Of a stretch of DNA of 64,000 nt, positions 1-9,922 are shown piece after piece. The notes beneath the pieces were generated by a model, which was not told the origin of the DNA, did no database searches, and saw only the letters and a list, made by a program, of their open reading frames with translations. The position numbers and the translations under genes are program-made. Source of the DNA: Patescibacteria group bacterium (GTDB lineage: Bacteria; Patescibacteriota; Microgenomatia; Curtissbacterales; GWA2-41-24); assembly GCA_038063735.1 (NCBI GenBank), contig JBBTUN010000004.1, forward strand, positions 106,646 through 170,645. Reading direction: 5' to 3'. The first letter of the stretch is position 1. Each line of letters begins with the position of its first letter.

Positions 1-683
1 TGGGGGAGTTATATTATTTTGAGCTAATTCTCCTACTCGCAGGTACGTATTCCATAGTTAAAAATAAAGAAAAGTATGCGTTTTTAATTTTCGGGTGGTT
101 ACTTATCTCTCCTCTTGGGCCTGCTACAGCCCGAGAAACACCTCATGCGCTTCGAATGGCCCATATTCTGCCAACTTTTCAGGTAATTTCAGCGTACGGC
201 CTTTACTATTTATTGAATAGATTTAAATTCAGGAAACTTATGATTATTTCAACACCGCTGGTGATCGGTCTTTCTGTTTTTGCCTACTTGCACTTTTACC
301 ACGTCCATTACCCTAAAGAATATTCGGGTGAGTGGCAATATGGGTACAAGGAGGCAATTAACGAGGTAGCAGCTCAGCAGAGCAAGGTAGGCAAAGTCGT
401 AATTTCAAACTATATTGGCAGGGCTTACATAAATTTACTTTTTTATACAAAAGTCGACCCGGCAGATTATATAGCCAAAGCAAACGTTACACGAGACGAG
501 CAATTTTTCTATAATGTCAATAGTTTCGACAAATACATTTTTACGGACCATATTGAAGCATTTAACAGTGCAAATACCCTTTATGTATCCTCACCTGGAC
601 ATTTACCATCTTCGGCGCTTAAGCTTAAAACAGTCTATAACTTAAATAATTACCCTGTCTTTGAGGTAGGAATTATCCCATGA
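1..683 (+). CDS. GT-C glycosyltransferase (PMT/ArnT-like), 5'-truncated by the window start. Only the C-terminal TM region and periplasmic domain are present.
   Basis: The reading frame is open from position 3 to the stop at 681-683. The upstream part (…FGWLLISPLGPATARETPHALR) aligns with the last-TM region of paralogs 2191-3873 and 5665-7251. The C-terminal WQYGYK…YTKVDP block is shared with those paralogs. Confidence 0.6.
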   Translation, partial: GELYYFELILLLAGTYSIVKNKEKYAFLIFGWLLISPLGPATARETPHALRMAHILPTFQVISAYGLYYLLNRFKFRKLMIISTPLVIGLSVFAYLHFYHVHYPKEYSGEWQYGYKEAINEVAAQQSKVGKVVISNYIGRAYINLLFYTKVDPADYIAKANVTRDEQFFYNVNSFDKYIFTDHIEAFNSANTLYVSSPGHLPSSALKLKTVYNLNNYPVFEVGIIP

Positions 684-2194
684 TAAAGTTTATACAGATA
701 ATTAAGTCTAATAAATACGAATTAATAACCTGGGCGGTTCTCCTGCCAGCATTTCTATTAACTCGTCTTGTAAATCTTAAAGTAATTCCAATTTTTACGG
801 ATGAGGCAATTTATAGCTACTGGGCTCAAGTTGCTCTTCATGATCCTGCAAACCGATATATTTCCCTGGAAGACGGTAAGCAACCATTGTTTATCTGGAT
901 TGCAGCGGTTTTTCAATTCTTTATTAAAGATCCATTAGTTGCGACAAGACTCGTCTCGGTGCTTTCGGGCTTTTTAGCGCTTATTGGTATTTACCTCCTC
1001 GCTAGAGAGATTTTTAATAAAACTAGTGCCAAAATTGCTGCCCTAATCTACATACTAATTCCGCTGACTCTTCTTTATGACAGAATGGGACTTTTCGATT
1101 CTTTACTGGCAATGCTTGGTATTTGGGCGGTTTTTTTCTCCATAAAGGTGGCAAAAAATGGCCACCTGGATAATGCCCTTCTCAATGGTTTTGCAATTGG
1201 CCTCGCCACAATAACAAAGTCTTCCGGAAACTTTTTCTTGTATCTATTACCATTCTCACTCGTATTCTTCCCCTTTAAAAGTAAAGGTTTTTTGGAAAAA
1301 ATATTCAAATGGATATTTTTTACATTTGTTACGATAGCATTATCGCAAATAATTTATAACTCACTAAGGCTTTCCCCGCTCTTTTACTTAATAGCCAGGA
1401 AAAATCAAGAGTTTATAAGACCACTATCCGAGGTAATCAACGAACCATTTAAATTCTTTGTCTCCAACACTCATGCAATAACTGAATGGCTAGTGTCATA
1501 TGTAGGCATACCCTTATTTCTCATTTTTTTGACGGGTCTAGCAATAGGGGTTGTTACAAAAGATAAGAGAATTTTTTATCTTGGTGTACTCATCTTTGCA
1601 CCCTTTTTTGCAGAAGCTCTTTTCAACAAGGTTTTATATCCCAGATTCGTATTGTTTTACTTTCCGTACATCATCCTTGTAATCGCCTGCGCCTTCGATT
1701 ATTTATTTACAAGATTTTTATCCCAAAAAAATATAATTGCAGTTGTATTAATATTTGCGCTACTTCAACCTGCGATCAAATCGTTTAAGTTGCTAACAGA
1801 CCCTCCCAGTGCCGGACTAGTCGACGCCGATGCAAGCCAATATCTTAATAGCTGGCCAGCGGGATATGGAGTAGATGAAGTGCTTCAATTCATTCGAAGC
1901 AAGTCACAAGACAAAGCAATATTTATAGGAACCGAAGGAACATTCGGTCTTTTCCCGTTCTCATTAAATATTTACAACTTTAATAATCCCAAGGTGCAAA
2001 TACGCGCTTATTGGCCGGTAAACCCAAGCGATTTGCCAAAAGAAGTTACGGAAATATCGAAAAAAATGCCTACCTATTTTGTCTTTAATGAAAACCAACA
2101 CGAAATAAATAATAGCAGCCTCAAGTTGATTCAGAAAATTAAAAAGGGCAGCGGAGAAAGTTATATGAGGCTTTACCAAGTGATCCCTCGATGA
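680..2194 (+). CDS. GT-C family glycosyltransferase (PMT/ArnT-like, GT39/GT83-like), 504 aa polytopic membrane protein
   Basis: N-terminal TM helix followed by an FTDEAIYSYWA loop-1 'DE' motif. At least 10 predicted TM segments. ATGA overlap with the upstream gene. Confidence 0.6.
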   Translation: MIKFIQIIKSNKYELITWAVLLPAFLLTRLVNLKVIPIFTDEAIYSYWAQVALHDPANRYISLEDGKQPLFIWIAAVFQFFIKDPLVATRLVSVLSGFLALIGIYLLAREIFNKTSAKIAALIYILIPLTLLYDRMGLFDSLLAMLGIWAVFFSIKVAKNGHLDNALLNGFAIGLATITKSSGNFFLYLLPFSLVFFPFKSKGFLEKIFKWIFFTFVTIALSQIIYNSLRLSPLFYLIARKNQEFIRPLSEVINEPFKFFVSNTHAITEWLVSYVGIPLFLIFLTGLAIGVVTKDKRIFYLGVLIFAPFFAEALFNKVLYPRFVLFYFPYIILVIACAFDYLFTRFLSQKNIIAVVLIFALLQPAIKSFKLLTDPPSAGLVDADASQYLNSWPAGYGVDEVLQFIRSKSQDKAIFIGTEGTFGLFPFSLNIYNFNNPKVQIRAYWPVNPSDLPKEVTEISKKMPTYFVFNENQHEINNSSLKLIQKIKKGSGESYMRLYQVIPR

Positions 2195-3873
2195 AAAATT
2201 TTTTCACCAAAAACTGGCTTCTTATTTTTACCATTATTTTGGCAGCAATACTCAGATTAACCTATTTGCAGCAAATTCCTGTAGGGTTTAATGACGACGA
2301 AGCTGCTTTCGGCTACAACGCCTATTCAATTTCAAAAACAGCCAGGGACGAATGGGGCACACTCATGCCTTTCCCCGCATTCGAGAGCTTTGGTGACTGG
2401 AAACTGGTAGGTTATCTTTACCTTGTAGTTCCATTTATATACGCTTTTGGACTCACAGAGTTTGCAACACGCTTCCCTTCTGCCATTATTGGAATTTTGG
2501 CCGTTTTTACAACTTACCTTTTAGCAAAGGAAATTTTTAACAAAAAAACTGCAATAATTGCCTCCTTGTTGTTGGCTATCTCGCCTTGGCATATTGCAGC
2601 ATCCAGAAATGCTTTTGAATCAGATATCTTAATTTTTTTTAACACTCTTTTTATTTTCTTTTTCTACAAATCACTTAACAATTTCAAATACTTCAAATTT
2701 TTTATACTGACTGCAACGATAACTTTTTATATATATAGATCGGCTTGGGTTTTTACACCGCTGCTTGTTTTTTGCTTATTTCTAATCTTTGAGAACAATT
2801 TTAAAAAATACAGAAAAGAGGTACTTAAGTATTTTATTATTTCTTTTGTTTTACTTATCCCAATAATTTTAAGTGCGTTTTCTTTTAGAGGGCAATCCAG
2901 GTTCATTCAAGAAAGCTTTATTTATGGTGTTCAAAATTCCGGTATATCTCAATCTCTAAACGAGCGACTTGGTTTTTGCTCACAACGATACTCGCGCGTA
3001 ATTTGTCGTGTAGTCTACAACAAGCCGACGTTTTTTATAAGTCAGTTCACACAAAATTATATAGAAAACTTATCTCCAAACTTGTACTTCATAAATGGAA
3101 CAAGCGGTTATCAGGGTTTTGCTCCTCGTGGTTTTCTCTATTTTTTTGAATTGCCTCTAGCCTTAGCCGGTTTAATTTATCTTTTAAAAAAATGGTCAAA
3201 TACTACAAAAGTTATTCTTGCTTGGCTGCTTATAGTACCCCTAGCGCCTTCACTAACAAGTGTTGGTAACCCAGGCAGGCTTAATATTTTACTTCCGCTC
3301 CCACAAATTCTCGCTAGCGTGGGTGTGATATTTTTATATTCAAGCGTTAGGCAAAAAGCGTTAAGGCAAGCATTTTTGCTAGTGGTCACGGCAATTATTT
3401 TAATTTCCTTTGTGAGGTTTATTATGGACATAAGTACTATATATCCTATATTCACAGCAAGGTCACAACGTTATGGATACAAGGATGTTTTTAACTACGC
3501 ATATTCTCAAAAAAATAATTATGAGCAAATTGCGATATCCCGAAAAACTGATGACGCCAAGCAATATATTCATTTTCTAATGTACACAAAATACGATCCA
3601 AGTACTTATCACCAAAAGCAAATTCACACAAAAGACAATCAGGGCTGGCAAAATGTCCAAGCAATTGGAAAATTTCATTTTTATGGAAGTACACCGGCAA
3701 TTGAAGAGTTACCGTTAAATAGTTTACTTATAGTGGGTGAAAAAGAGGTAGATTACCCACAAGCCGCACTAAAGTATTATATAAACGATCTAAGAGGAGA
3801 CAGGCTTTTTGAGGTTTATGATATGAATGTAGTCAACAAGATAATTACCGATCAAAATAGAAATATCAATTAA
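2191..3873 (+). CDS. GT-C family glycosyltransferase (PMT/ArnT-like), paralog
   Basis: FNDDEAAFGYNAYSISKTARDEWGTLMPFP loop-1 motif, typical of PMT/GT39. Polytopic, with a C-terminal soluble domain carrying a YGYK…YTKYDP block. ATGA overlap. Confidence 0.7.
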   Translation: MKNFFTKNWLLIFTIILAAILRLTYLQQIPVGFNDDEAAFGYNAYSISKTARDEWGTLMPFPAFESFGDWKLVGYLYLVVPFIYAFGLTEFATRFPSAIIGILAVFTTYLLAKEIFNKKTAIIASLLLAISPWHIAASRNAFESDILIFFNTLFIFFFYKSLNNFKYFKFFILTATITFYIYRSAWVFTPLLVFCLFLIFENNFKKYRKEVLKYFIISFVLLIPIILSAFSFRGQSRFIQESFIYGVQNSGISQSLNERLGFCSQRYSRVICRVVYNKPTFFISQFTQNYIENLSPNLYFINGTSGYQGFAPRGFLYFFELPLALAGLIYLLKKWSNTTKVILAWLLIVPLAPSLTSVGNPGRLNILLPLPQILASVGVIFLYSSVRQKALRQAFLLVVTAIILISFVRFIMDISTIYPIFTARSQRYGYKDVFNYAYSQKNNYEQIAISRKTDDAKQYIHFLMYTKYDPSTYHQKQIHTKDNQGWQNVQAIGKFHFYGSTPAIEELPLNSLLIVGEKEVDYPQAALKYYINDLRGDRLFEVYDMNVVNKIITDQNRNIN

Positions 3874-3876
3874 TAA

Positions 3877-5655
3877 ATGGATTTTTACCATTCATTTCAA
3901 TCATCAGTTCGAGAAAAATTAAACATTTGGATAATTCTAATCCTATTATTAGGATCGTTATTGCGCCTTATCGACCTTGGTGGGATTCCTTCAGGTTTTC
4001 AGTACGACGAAATTCAAAGCGCTTACAACGGATTTTTAATTTCAAAACACTTAAAAAACATTCAAGGCGAATTTTTACCCACAGACATAGACTATTTTAG
4101 AGACTTTAGGCCGGCTTTTAATGCTTATCTCTCAAGTGTAACTGTCAAACTACTAGGCAACCATGAAACTTCAGGACGCCTGCCATCCGCTCTTTTAGGA
4201 ATAATCACAATATTGCTTGTATATTTACTAACTTTAAAGTTTTTTCAAAAAAAACAAATCGCAATCCTTGCAGCTCTGCTTATAGCAATTTCACCGTACC
4301 ATGTTATTTTTTCTCGCAGCTCATCCGATAGCATTATCGACGTAACACTTTCAATCTTCGCAATTTTAATTTCACTAAAATATTTAGGCAAGGGAGACAA
4401 AAAGTTGTTGCCATTGATATTAGTAACTTGGATCTTTAGTTTCTATACATATCAAACAGGCAGAATAATGATACCAATTTTATCTTCTGTAATAATTATT
4501 ATAGATTGGTTGAAAACGAAATCATTTAGCAAATCAAAATGGCTAATATTCACTTTAATAATATTTTTAATTTTCCCCCTAGGATACTCGATAGCAACAA
4601 AAAAAGGCTCAAGTAGATTTAATCAAGTAAGCGTTTTTGCAAACCCAGAAATTCAACGGTCACTAAATCAAATAATCACTGAATCCGGCGTCGTAGGTAT
4701 AAACCCTACAATAGTTCGAGTTTTCAATAACAAATTAATTTCTTACTCGATGCAGGCTTCACAGAATTATTTGTATTTTTTCTCTCCCGAAAATATGTTG
4801 TTTGACAAAAATGTGAAACCGCTAAGATACAAAATACCGCAAGTAGGGCTGATAACAATTACGGAATACCTCGGTCTCTTGGCGGCTTGTTACTTCTTCA
4901 TTAAAGGAAAAAACAAAATTAAGTCATCTTTTCCTTTCATAGCTATATTAATTGCTCCACTACCAGCTGCAATAACGTCCGAAGATTTTCAAAGATCCAT
5001 ATATCTAATACCCTACTGGCAAATTCTAGCTAGTTTTGGCTTATATAACATGATCAAATCTATCACCTCCAAAAAATTGTTATTATTTGGTGTGTCAATT
5101 GTTATTGTAGTAGTAACATACCAGGCATTATTCTTTGCCTATCAATATTTTCTGATTTCACCCGTCCATGAACCTTTTTATAGAACATACGAAAGGAAAG
5201 AATTAGCCATTTTCCTGGGCTCTAACGAAAATATGAACAAAAATGTCTTACTGTCAGAGTACGACGGAACATATATTTACTATCTATACTTTAATAAGTT
5301 GGATATATTTTCTCTGAAATATAAAAAACCAACCAAATACTTCGAGGGTGATTTTACTATGGTAAATATGACATTTAAAAAGAACAGATGCCTGGGAGGA
5401 AATGATTATTTGGAAAATCGATACGATATGTCTATTGAATATGAAGATTGCAAAAAATTTCCTTTTTTAGCGCCAGTCAAGGAATTTAGAAGAAAAGATG
5501 GCTCTTTAGTATTAGTTGCATACAATATAAACGGTTATATCTACGACTTACAAAGGCAGTATCAAGAAACCTGCGAGAAGGATTGGGGACCATCAGACGG
5601 TGATTTACTACAAAGTGCTAATTCCATTAGAACCACTATTAATAATTGTAATTAG
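3877..5655 (+). CDS. GT-C family glycosyltransferase (PMT/ArnT-like), paralog
   Basis: QYDEIQSAYNGFLISK loop-1 motif. Polytopic N-terminal half and a large soluble C-terminal domain. Confidence 0.65.
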   Translation: MDFYHSFQSSVREKLNIWIILILLLGSLLRLIDLGGIPSGFQYDEIQSAYNGFLISKHLKNIQGEFLPTDIDYFRDFRPAFNAYLSSVTVKLLGNHETSGRLPSALLGIITILLVYLLTLKFFQKKQIAILAALLIAISPYHVIFSRSSSDSIIDVTLSIFAILISLKYLGKGDKKLLPLILVTWIFSFYTYQTGRIMIPILSSVIIIIDWLKTKSFSKSKWLIFTLIIFLIFPLGYSIATKKGSSRFNQVSVFANPEIQRSLNQIITESGVVGINPTIVRVFNNKLISYSMQASQNYLYFFSPENMLFDKNVKPLRYKIPQVGLITITEYLGLLAACYFFIKGKNKIKSSFPFIAILIAPLPAAITSEDFQRSIYLIPYWQILASFGLYNMIKSITSKKLLLFGVSIVIVVVTYQALFFAYQYFLISPVHEPFYRTYERKELAIFLGSNENMNKNVLLSEYDGTYIYYLYFNKLDIFSLKYKKPTKYFEGDFTMVNMTFKKNRCLGGNDYLENRYDMSIEYEDCKKFPFLAPVKEFRRKDGSLVLVAYNINGYIYDLQRQYQETCEKDWGPSDGDLLQSANSIRTTINNCN

Positions 5656-5664
5656 AATTAACTT

Positions 5665-7251
5665 ATGAAAAATAAAATTTTAATATTAATAATCGTCCTT
5701 TCCTTTATCTTCAGATTTTACAGATTGGGCGAGATACCTTTAAGCCTTAATTGGGATGAAGTAAGTAATTCTTACAACGCATATTCGATATTAAAAACAG
5801 GTCGGGACGAATACGGCAATTTTTTACCCTTAACTAATCGTTCCTTTGACGATTATAAACCGCCCCTTTACATGTACTTGGACATAGTGCCTGTGGCTCT
5901 GGTGGGACTTAACGAAATTGCTGCAAGGCTTCCTTCCGCACTCTTTGGGGTAATGAGCGTATATGCCATTTATTTATTAACAAAAAGGTTGTCAAAAAAC
6001 GAAAAGACATCTCGCCTAAGCGCACTTCTTTTTTCTATCTCACCTTGGAATTTACTTTTTTCCAGAGTGGGGTTTGAAGCAAATATTGGGCTTTTCTTCT
6101 CAATCATAACTCTTATGCTATTTCACTATGCCCTTCGTTATTCAGAAAACAATCCAACCCCAAAAAACAAACTATTTTTAGTGTTAAGCGCTATCTTTGC
6201 AGCACTTTCTTTATACAGTTACCACTCCGTGAGGATTTTCTTGCCGCTAATTCTTTTTGTCTCGGCAGTGATCTACAGAGAGAATCTCTTAAAATTCGAT
6301 AAAAAGATTCTTTCGGTATCAATTTTGCTAGGTATCGCATTAACACTACCACTCGTACTTCTAAACCCCAAAGAAGCTATCACTGGCAGGTACGCAACAA
6401 CAACCCTAAAAGCAAGGTCCCAGGATTTGGAAAAATCAGTAAGTCTTATAAATGAGGATAGTAACGCCCGTCAATTCTTTGGCAACATAATTCATAACCG
6501 CAGATTAGTTATTCTGGAGTCAACACTTCAAAAATACATCTCTCATTTTGATATTAACTATTTATTTACTTCAGGAGACGACAACCCCAGACATCATCTT
6601 AAAACGAATGGCCTTCTATTCTTGGTTATGTTACCTCCAGTATTGTACGGAGTTTTTTCTTCCTTAAAAAAGAACAGCAAAGAAACACTCTTTTTATTTT
6701 CGTGGCTTATTGTCGCGCCTATTCCTGCCGCATTTGGAGACGCCTTCCCTCACGCCATAAGGAGCTACTTAATGGTTGTTCCCTTAACAATCTTTGGGGC
6801 TATCGGTTTAAAAAAAATAGTTACTTTTGAAAAATTCGCAAAATTTACCCTCGCCCTGTCTTCATTGATTCTTTTAGCAACCGTTGTTGCTTTTCTTCAT
6901 AATTATTTTGCTCACTACAATAAAGAAGAATACTCGTCTTGGCAATATGGCTATAAGGGGGCCGTTTTTGAATCAGCGAAACTTAAGGATCAGTTTGAAA
7001 AAGTTATAATTGATCCCGGCATAGAACAGGGGTACGCTTTTTGGCTTTTCTATTTAAAATACGATCCTAAGGCCTACCAGGAAAGTGGCAACGCCAAAAA
7101 CTTTGATAAATTTTATTTCGAAGATAACTTGCCCAAAGATGATAACAGTCTTTTTGTTTCACCATCAGAAAAATTTCCTGAAAGTTTTATTTTAGTTAAA
7201 ACAATTTACAATTCTGAAAACAATATATTGTTGAAATTGGGACACCCCTAA
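5665..7251 (+). CDS. GT-C family glycosyltransferase (PMT/ArnT-like), paralog
   Basis: NWDEVSNSYNAYSILKTGRDEYGNFLPL loop-1 motif. The C-terminal WQYGYK…YLKYDP block is shared with 1-683 and 2191-3873. Confidence 0.7.
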   Translation: MKNKILILIIVLSFIFRFYRLGEIPLSLNWDEVSNSYNAYSILKTGRDEYGNFLPLTNRSFDDYKPPLYMYLDIVPVALVGLNEIAARLPSALFGVMSVYAIYLLTKRLSKNEKTSRLSALLFSISPWNLLFSRVGFEANIGLFFSIITLMLFHYALRYSENNPTPKNKLFLVLSAIFAALSLYSYHSVRIFLPLILFVSAVIYRENLLKFDKKILSVSILLGIALTLPLVLLNPKEAITGRYATTTLKARSQDLEKSVSLINEDSNARQFFGNIIHNRRLVILESTLQKYISHFDINYLFTSGDDNPRHHLKTNGLLFLVMLPPVLYGVFSSLKKNSKETLFLFSWLIVAPIPAAFGDAFPHAIRSYLMVVPLTIFGAIGLKKIVTFEKFAKFTLALSSLILLATVVAFLHNYFAHYNKEEYSSWQYGYKGAVFESAKLKDQFEKVIIDPGIEQGYAFWLFYLKYDPKAYQESGNAKNFDKFYFEDNLPKDDNSLFVSPSEKFPESFILVKTIYNSENNILLKLGHP

Positions 7252-7273
7252 AAATACTCACAAGGGAGCATAA

Positions 7274-8812
7274 TTACTGGTAGTCTGGGTCGAATTTAGA
7301 CATTATCTTTTTAATCAAAAATTTCCAGAAGTCGTTGCCTGGTTTGGGTATATCTTTTTTCCACCATTCAACGGTATCAATATATATGTCCTCAGCATTT
7401 TGTCTGTACCACGTAATATTTGTATTCGCTCTAACCGCACTATTTAAAACTTGCCAGTTCCCTAGGCAGACCCCAATATTTTCCCCAGCATTGTAATTAA
7501 TACTGTGATTAAGCATTATCAAAGCAACCGGGTAGTTGATATTATTAACATCAGTACTGCAAGAGTACAGATCAATATTTCTGTTGGGAAACTCTACTAT
7601 AATTTCGGAGGCAATTTTTCTGGCTAGTAAATAATCCTTAGCTTTGGCACTAACATTATTAGAAGTCAAAAATAGTGTACAAATTGTTATTAGTAAAACT
7701 AAAATCAGGCCTAAATATCTATTTTTTCCTAGTAACCAGACACAAGTCGATGCGGTAATTAAAAATACCATAGGATAGGAAAATACAGAAAGGTATAATG
7801 CACGCCCACCTCGATAATATTTGAAAAGGAAAATTTCAACTAAAAATGACAAGATCAGGTAAAGATAAACAATGTTTTTTCTGAAGTTAACTATCCTTGT
7901 AGCTGTATATAGTCCGGATAAAAATATAATTAGCATAGCCACAATTTTGTTGCCACCAATTATTATTGCCCAAGTATTTGGCCAAAAGTCAAAAACGTAT
8001 GTTAACCATCGATTAGGAACCCAAAGTTTATTTTGGTCGAAAAGGAGGTAAATAAGTATGCTACGAAAATTGTACCAGCCAAACCTGTAGTCAAAATATA
8101 TTAGCGGGGAAAGTGCGAACAAACACCCGGCTGTCACCAATAGGGCACATATTATAAATTTAGAAAAGGGTCTGACAAGCAGTAGGGCAATAAATAACAT
8201 AGGAATTATTAATATGTTTTGAAAATGTACAGTCCAGGCTAAAAAGACAGAGAAACTTAGCAAAAATATATACACTTCCTTTCTAGTTTTGATAAATTTA
8301 ACAAAAAATAATAATGAGGTTAAAACCAGAATTGGAACAACTGATACATTCCAGGTAGTAAGTGAATTAGCCACCTGAGCTGGAGAGATTGATGCGAAGA
8401 ACGCAGACAGCAGTCCAACTTTTCTGCCAGCAGCATCCTTCCCTAATAGAAAAATTAGCATTATAAAAAGTAAATCAATTAGTGTGCTAAAAAACCAAGG
8501 AACTAAAAGGCCTGGTATAAAACTTATCAACACCAAATACCAGTAGTACCATGGTCCATAGAAAAATGGACCTGCGGATGAAAATTGACCTATCTGAGGA
8601 ATGAGGAAGTTTTTTGCAGCAAACTTTCCAATAATTACGTCCCTGGAATTATCAGCATTGAATGCAATTCTATGAGTATAGTTATATGTTCTAAGAAATA
8701 ACGCACATGCAAATATAAAAATGATTGTGACCGCGAATAATTTTTTCGATGTAGCTTGTTTATTGAGCCTTTTAAAGCTCTTTATTTGATTAAAATCATT
8801 GAACGAAATCAC
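7274..8812 (-). CDS. Polytopic membrane protein, probable GT-C glycosyltransferase (ArnT-like)
   Basis: 512 aa with more than 10 hydrophobic segments. Aromatic-rich periplasmic loops. The genomic context is glycosylation genes. Confidence 0.45.
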   Translation of the reverse strand: MISFNDFNQIKSFKRLNKQATSKKLFAVTIIFIFACALFLRTYNYTHRIAFNADNSRDVIIGKFAAKNFLIPQIGQFSSAGPFFYGPWYYWYLVLISFIPGLLVPWFFSTLIDLLFIMLIFLLGKDAAGRKVGLLSAFFASISPAQVANSLTTWNVSVVPILVLTSLLFFVKFIKTRKEVYIFLLSFSVFLAWTVHFQNILIIPMLFIALLLVRPFSKFIICALLVTAGCLFALSPLIYFDYRFGWYNFRSILIYLLFDQNKLWVPNRWLTYVFDFWPNTWAIIIGGNKIVAMLIIFLSGLYTATRIVNFRKNIVYLYLILSFLVEIFLFKYYRGGRALYLSVFSYPMVFLITASTCVWLLGKNRYLGLILVLLITICTLFLTSNNVSAKAKDYLLARKIASEIIVEFPNRNIDLYSCSTDVNNINYPVALIMLNHSINYNAGENIGVCLGNWQVLNSAVRANTNITWYRQNAEDIYIDTVEWWKKDIPKPGNDFWKFLIKKIMSKFDPDYQ

Positions 8813-8832
8813 TTTAGCTGTATACTAGCATA

Positions 8833-9594
8833 GTGAAAAATATTTCTGTAGCGCTAGCCTGTTACAACGAAGAGACCAATATTGTGGACTGCATTGAGGC
8901 TGCAAAACTCTTGGCAGATGAAATTATAGTAGTCGATGGTCACTCCCGGGATAGAACAGCTGAATTAGCACGCCAGCAAGGCGCAATTGTGGTTGAAGTT
9001 CCCAATAAAAAAATGTTTCACATTAATAAAAATATCGCCATTAAAAATTGCACAAATGAGTGGGTATTCGTATTGGATGCAGACGAGAGAATAACTGAAG
9101 ATCTTGCAATAGAAATAAAAAAAACACTAAGAAAAGTATCCAATGAAAAAGGCTTTTGGATAAATAGAAAAAACTGGTTTTTAGGGGGGTACTTAACAAA
9201 AGGTGGTGCCTACCCCGATGCTGTTATCAGATTATTTAAAAATGGATATGGAATTCATCCTGAAAAAGATGTGCACGAGCAAATTGCAATAAAAGGACCC
9301 CTTGGTCATATAACAAGCCCACTATTGCACTTAGCAGACCCCAATTTCGCAAGATACCTGGAAAGAGCGAATAGATACACCGACGAGACAAAGAGGCATT
9401 TCAAAGAGCAAAAACTAGCTAAAAATTTTCCGAACACAATTTATTATGTAATTATAAAACCAGCAATTACGTTCTTTAAGATTTATGTAAGACACAAAGG
9501 TTATGTGGATGGTTTTAGAGGCTTTGTCTGGGCGCTTTTTTCCTCAGCGCATTATTTTTATGCTTATTCTAAATACCTCACAGACAAAAAATAA
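8833..9594 (+). CDS. GT2 family glycosyltransferase (GT-A fold)
   Basis: VALACYNEE…IIVVDGHSRDRT…VLDADE motifs. GTG start. Divergent from 7274-8812. Confidence 0.7.
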   Translation: MKNISVALACYNEETNIVDCIEAAKLLADEIIVVDGHSRDRTAELARQQGAIVVEVPNKKMFHINKNIAIKNCTNEWVFVLDADERITEDLAIEIKKTLRKVSNEKGFWINRKNWFLGGYLTKGGAYPDAVIRLFKNGYGIHPEKDVHEQIAIKGPLGHITSPLLHLADPNFARYLERANRYTDETKRHFKEQKLAKNFPNTIYYVIIKPAITFFKIYVRHKGYVDGFRGFVWALFSSAHYFYAYSKYLTDKK

Positions 9595-9656
9595 TTTTAA
9601 CGCTTGCAATAATTCGTAAAACTTGATAACAATCTTATACAGTAACTTTTTTAAAA

Positions 9657-9666
9657 AAGGAGGTGA
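9657..9666 (+). promoter_or_regulatory. Strong Shine-Dalgarno AAGGAGGTGA, 9 nt upstream of the ATG at 9676
   Basis: Direct sequence match to the anti-SD. Confidence 0.55.
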
Positions 9667-9675
9667 TTAAAAAAC

Positions 9676-9813
9676 ATGCCCGCAAAGAAAAAATCAAAAC
9701 CTAAGAAAAAAGCTGCAAAAAAGACAACTAAGAAAAAAACCGTAAAAAAAGCTTCAAAGAAGAAAGCGGTAAAAAGGTCAACTAAAAGAAAAGCTACAAA
9801 GAAAAAGAGATAA
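9676..9813 (+). CDS. Small lysine-rich basic protein, 45 aa, histone H1-like or nucleoid-associated-like. Not in the ORF track.
   Basis: Translation is MPAKKKSKPKKKAAKKTTKKKTVKKASKKKAVKRSTKRKATKKKR. It is about 60% K/R. A strong RBS lies upstream and a hairpin plus T-run lies downstream. It sits in the only sizable intergenic gap (9595-9922) in the first 20 kb. Confidence 0.5.
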   Translation: MPAKKKSKPKKKAAKKTTKKKTVKKASKKKAVKRSTKRKATKKKR

Positions 9814-9837
9814 GTTGTTTCTATTCAGTTCGAACTG

Positions 9838-9889
9838 CCCACCTCCAAGTTTTAAAGTGAATCTTTAAAAACATGTAGGTGGGTTTTAT
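9838..9889 (+). terminator. Putative intrinsic terminator with a long loop
   Basis: CCCACCT (9838-9844) pairs with AGGTGGG (9877-9883). It is followed by TTTTATT. Confidence 0.3.
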
Positions 9890-9922
9890 TGTATCTACCA
9901 TCTCCTGATATAATTTTGATTA

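Noticed and set aside
1075-1308. Short antisense ORFs nested inside large genes. Examples are 1075-1308, 1964-2179, 3177-3455, 11273-11545, 12510-13013, 14701-14994, 33364-33707, 39012-39266, 40663-40998, 41656-42256, 43024-43437, 46073-46879, 47494-48271 and 52750-53049.
   Set aside because: They lie fully within, and opposite to, well-supported coding genes. They have no RBS and no recognisable domains. Their composition is that of reverse-frame noise in AT-rich DNA.
9184-9189. G6 tract inside GT2 gene 8833-9594. Similar C6 runs occur at 46044-46049 and 59087-59092.
   Set aside because: Six-mers are below the length usually associated with slipped-strand phase variation. Only the G7A8 run at 56745 was considered noteworthy.
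9603-9632. Possible sigma70-like promoter (TTGCAA …17 nt… TAACAA) upstream of the small K-rich gene.
   Set aside because: The -10 match is poor at 3 of 6. Chance matches are frequent in AT-rich DNA. It is not reported as a feature.
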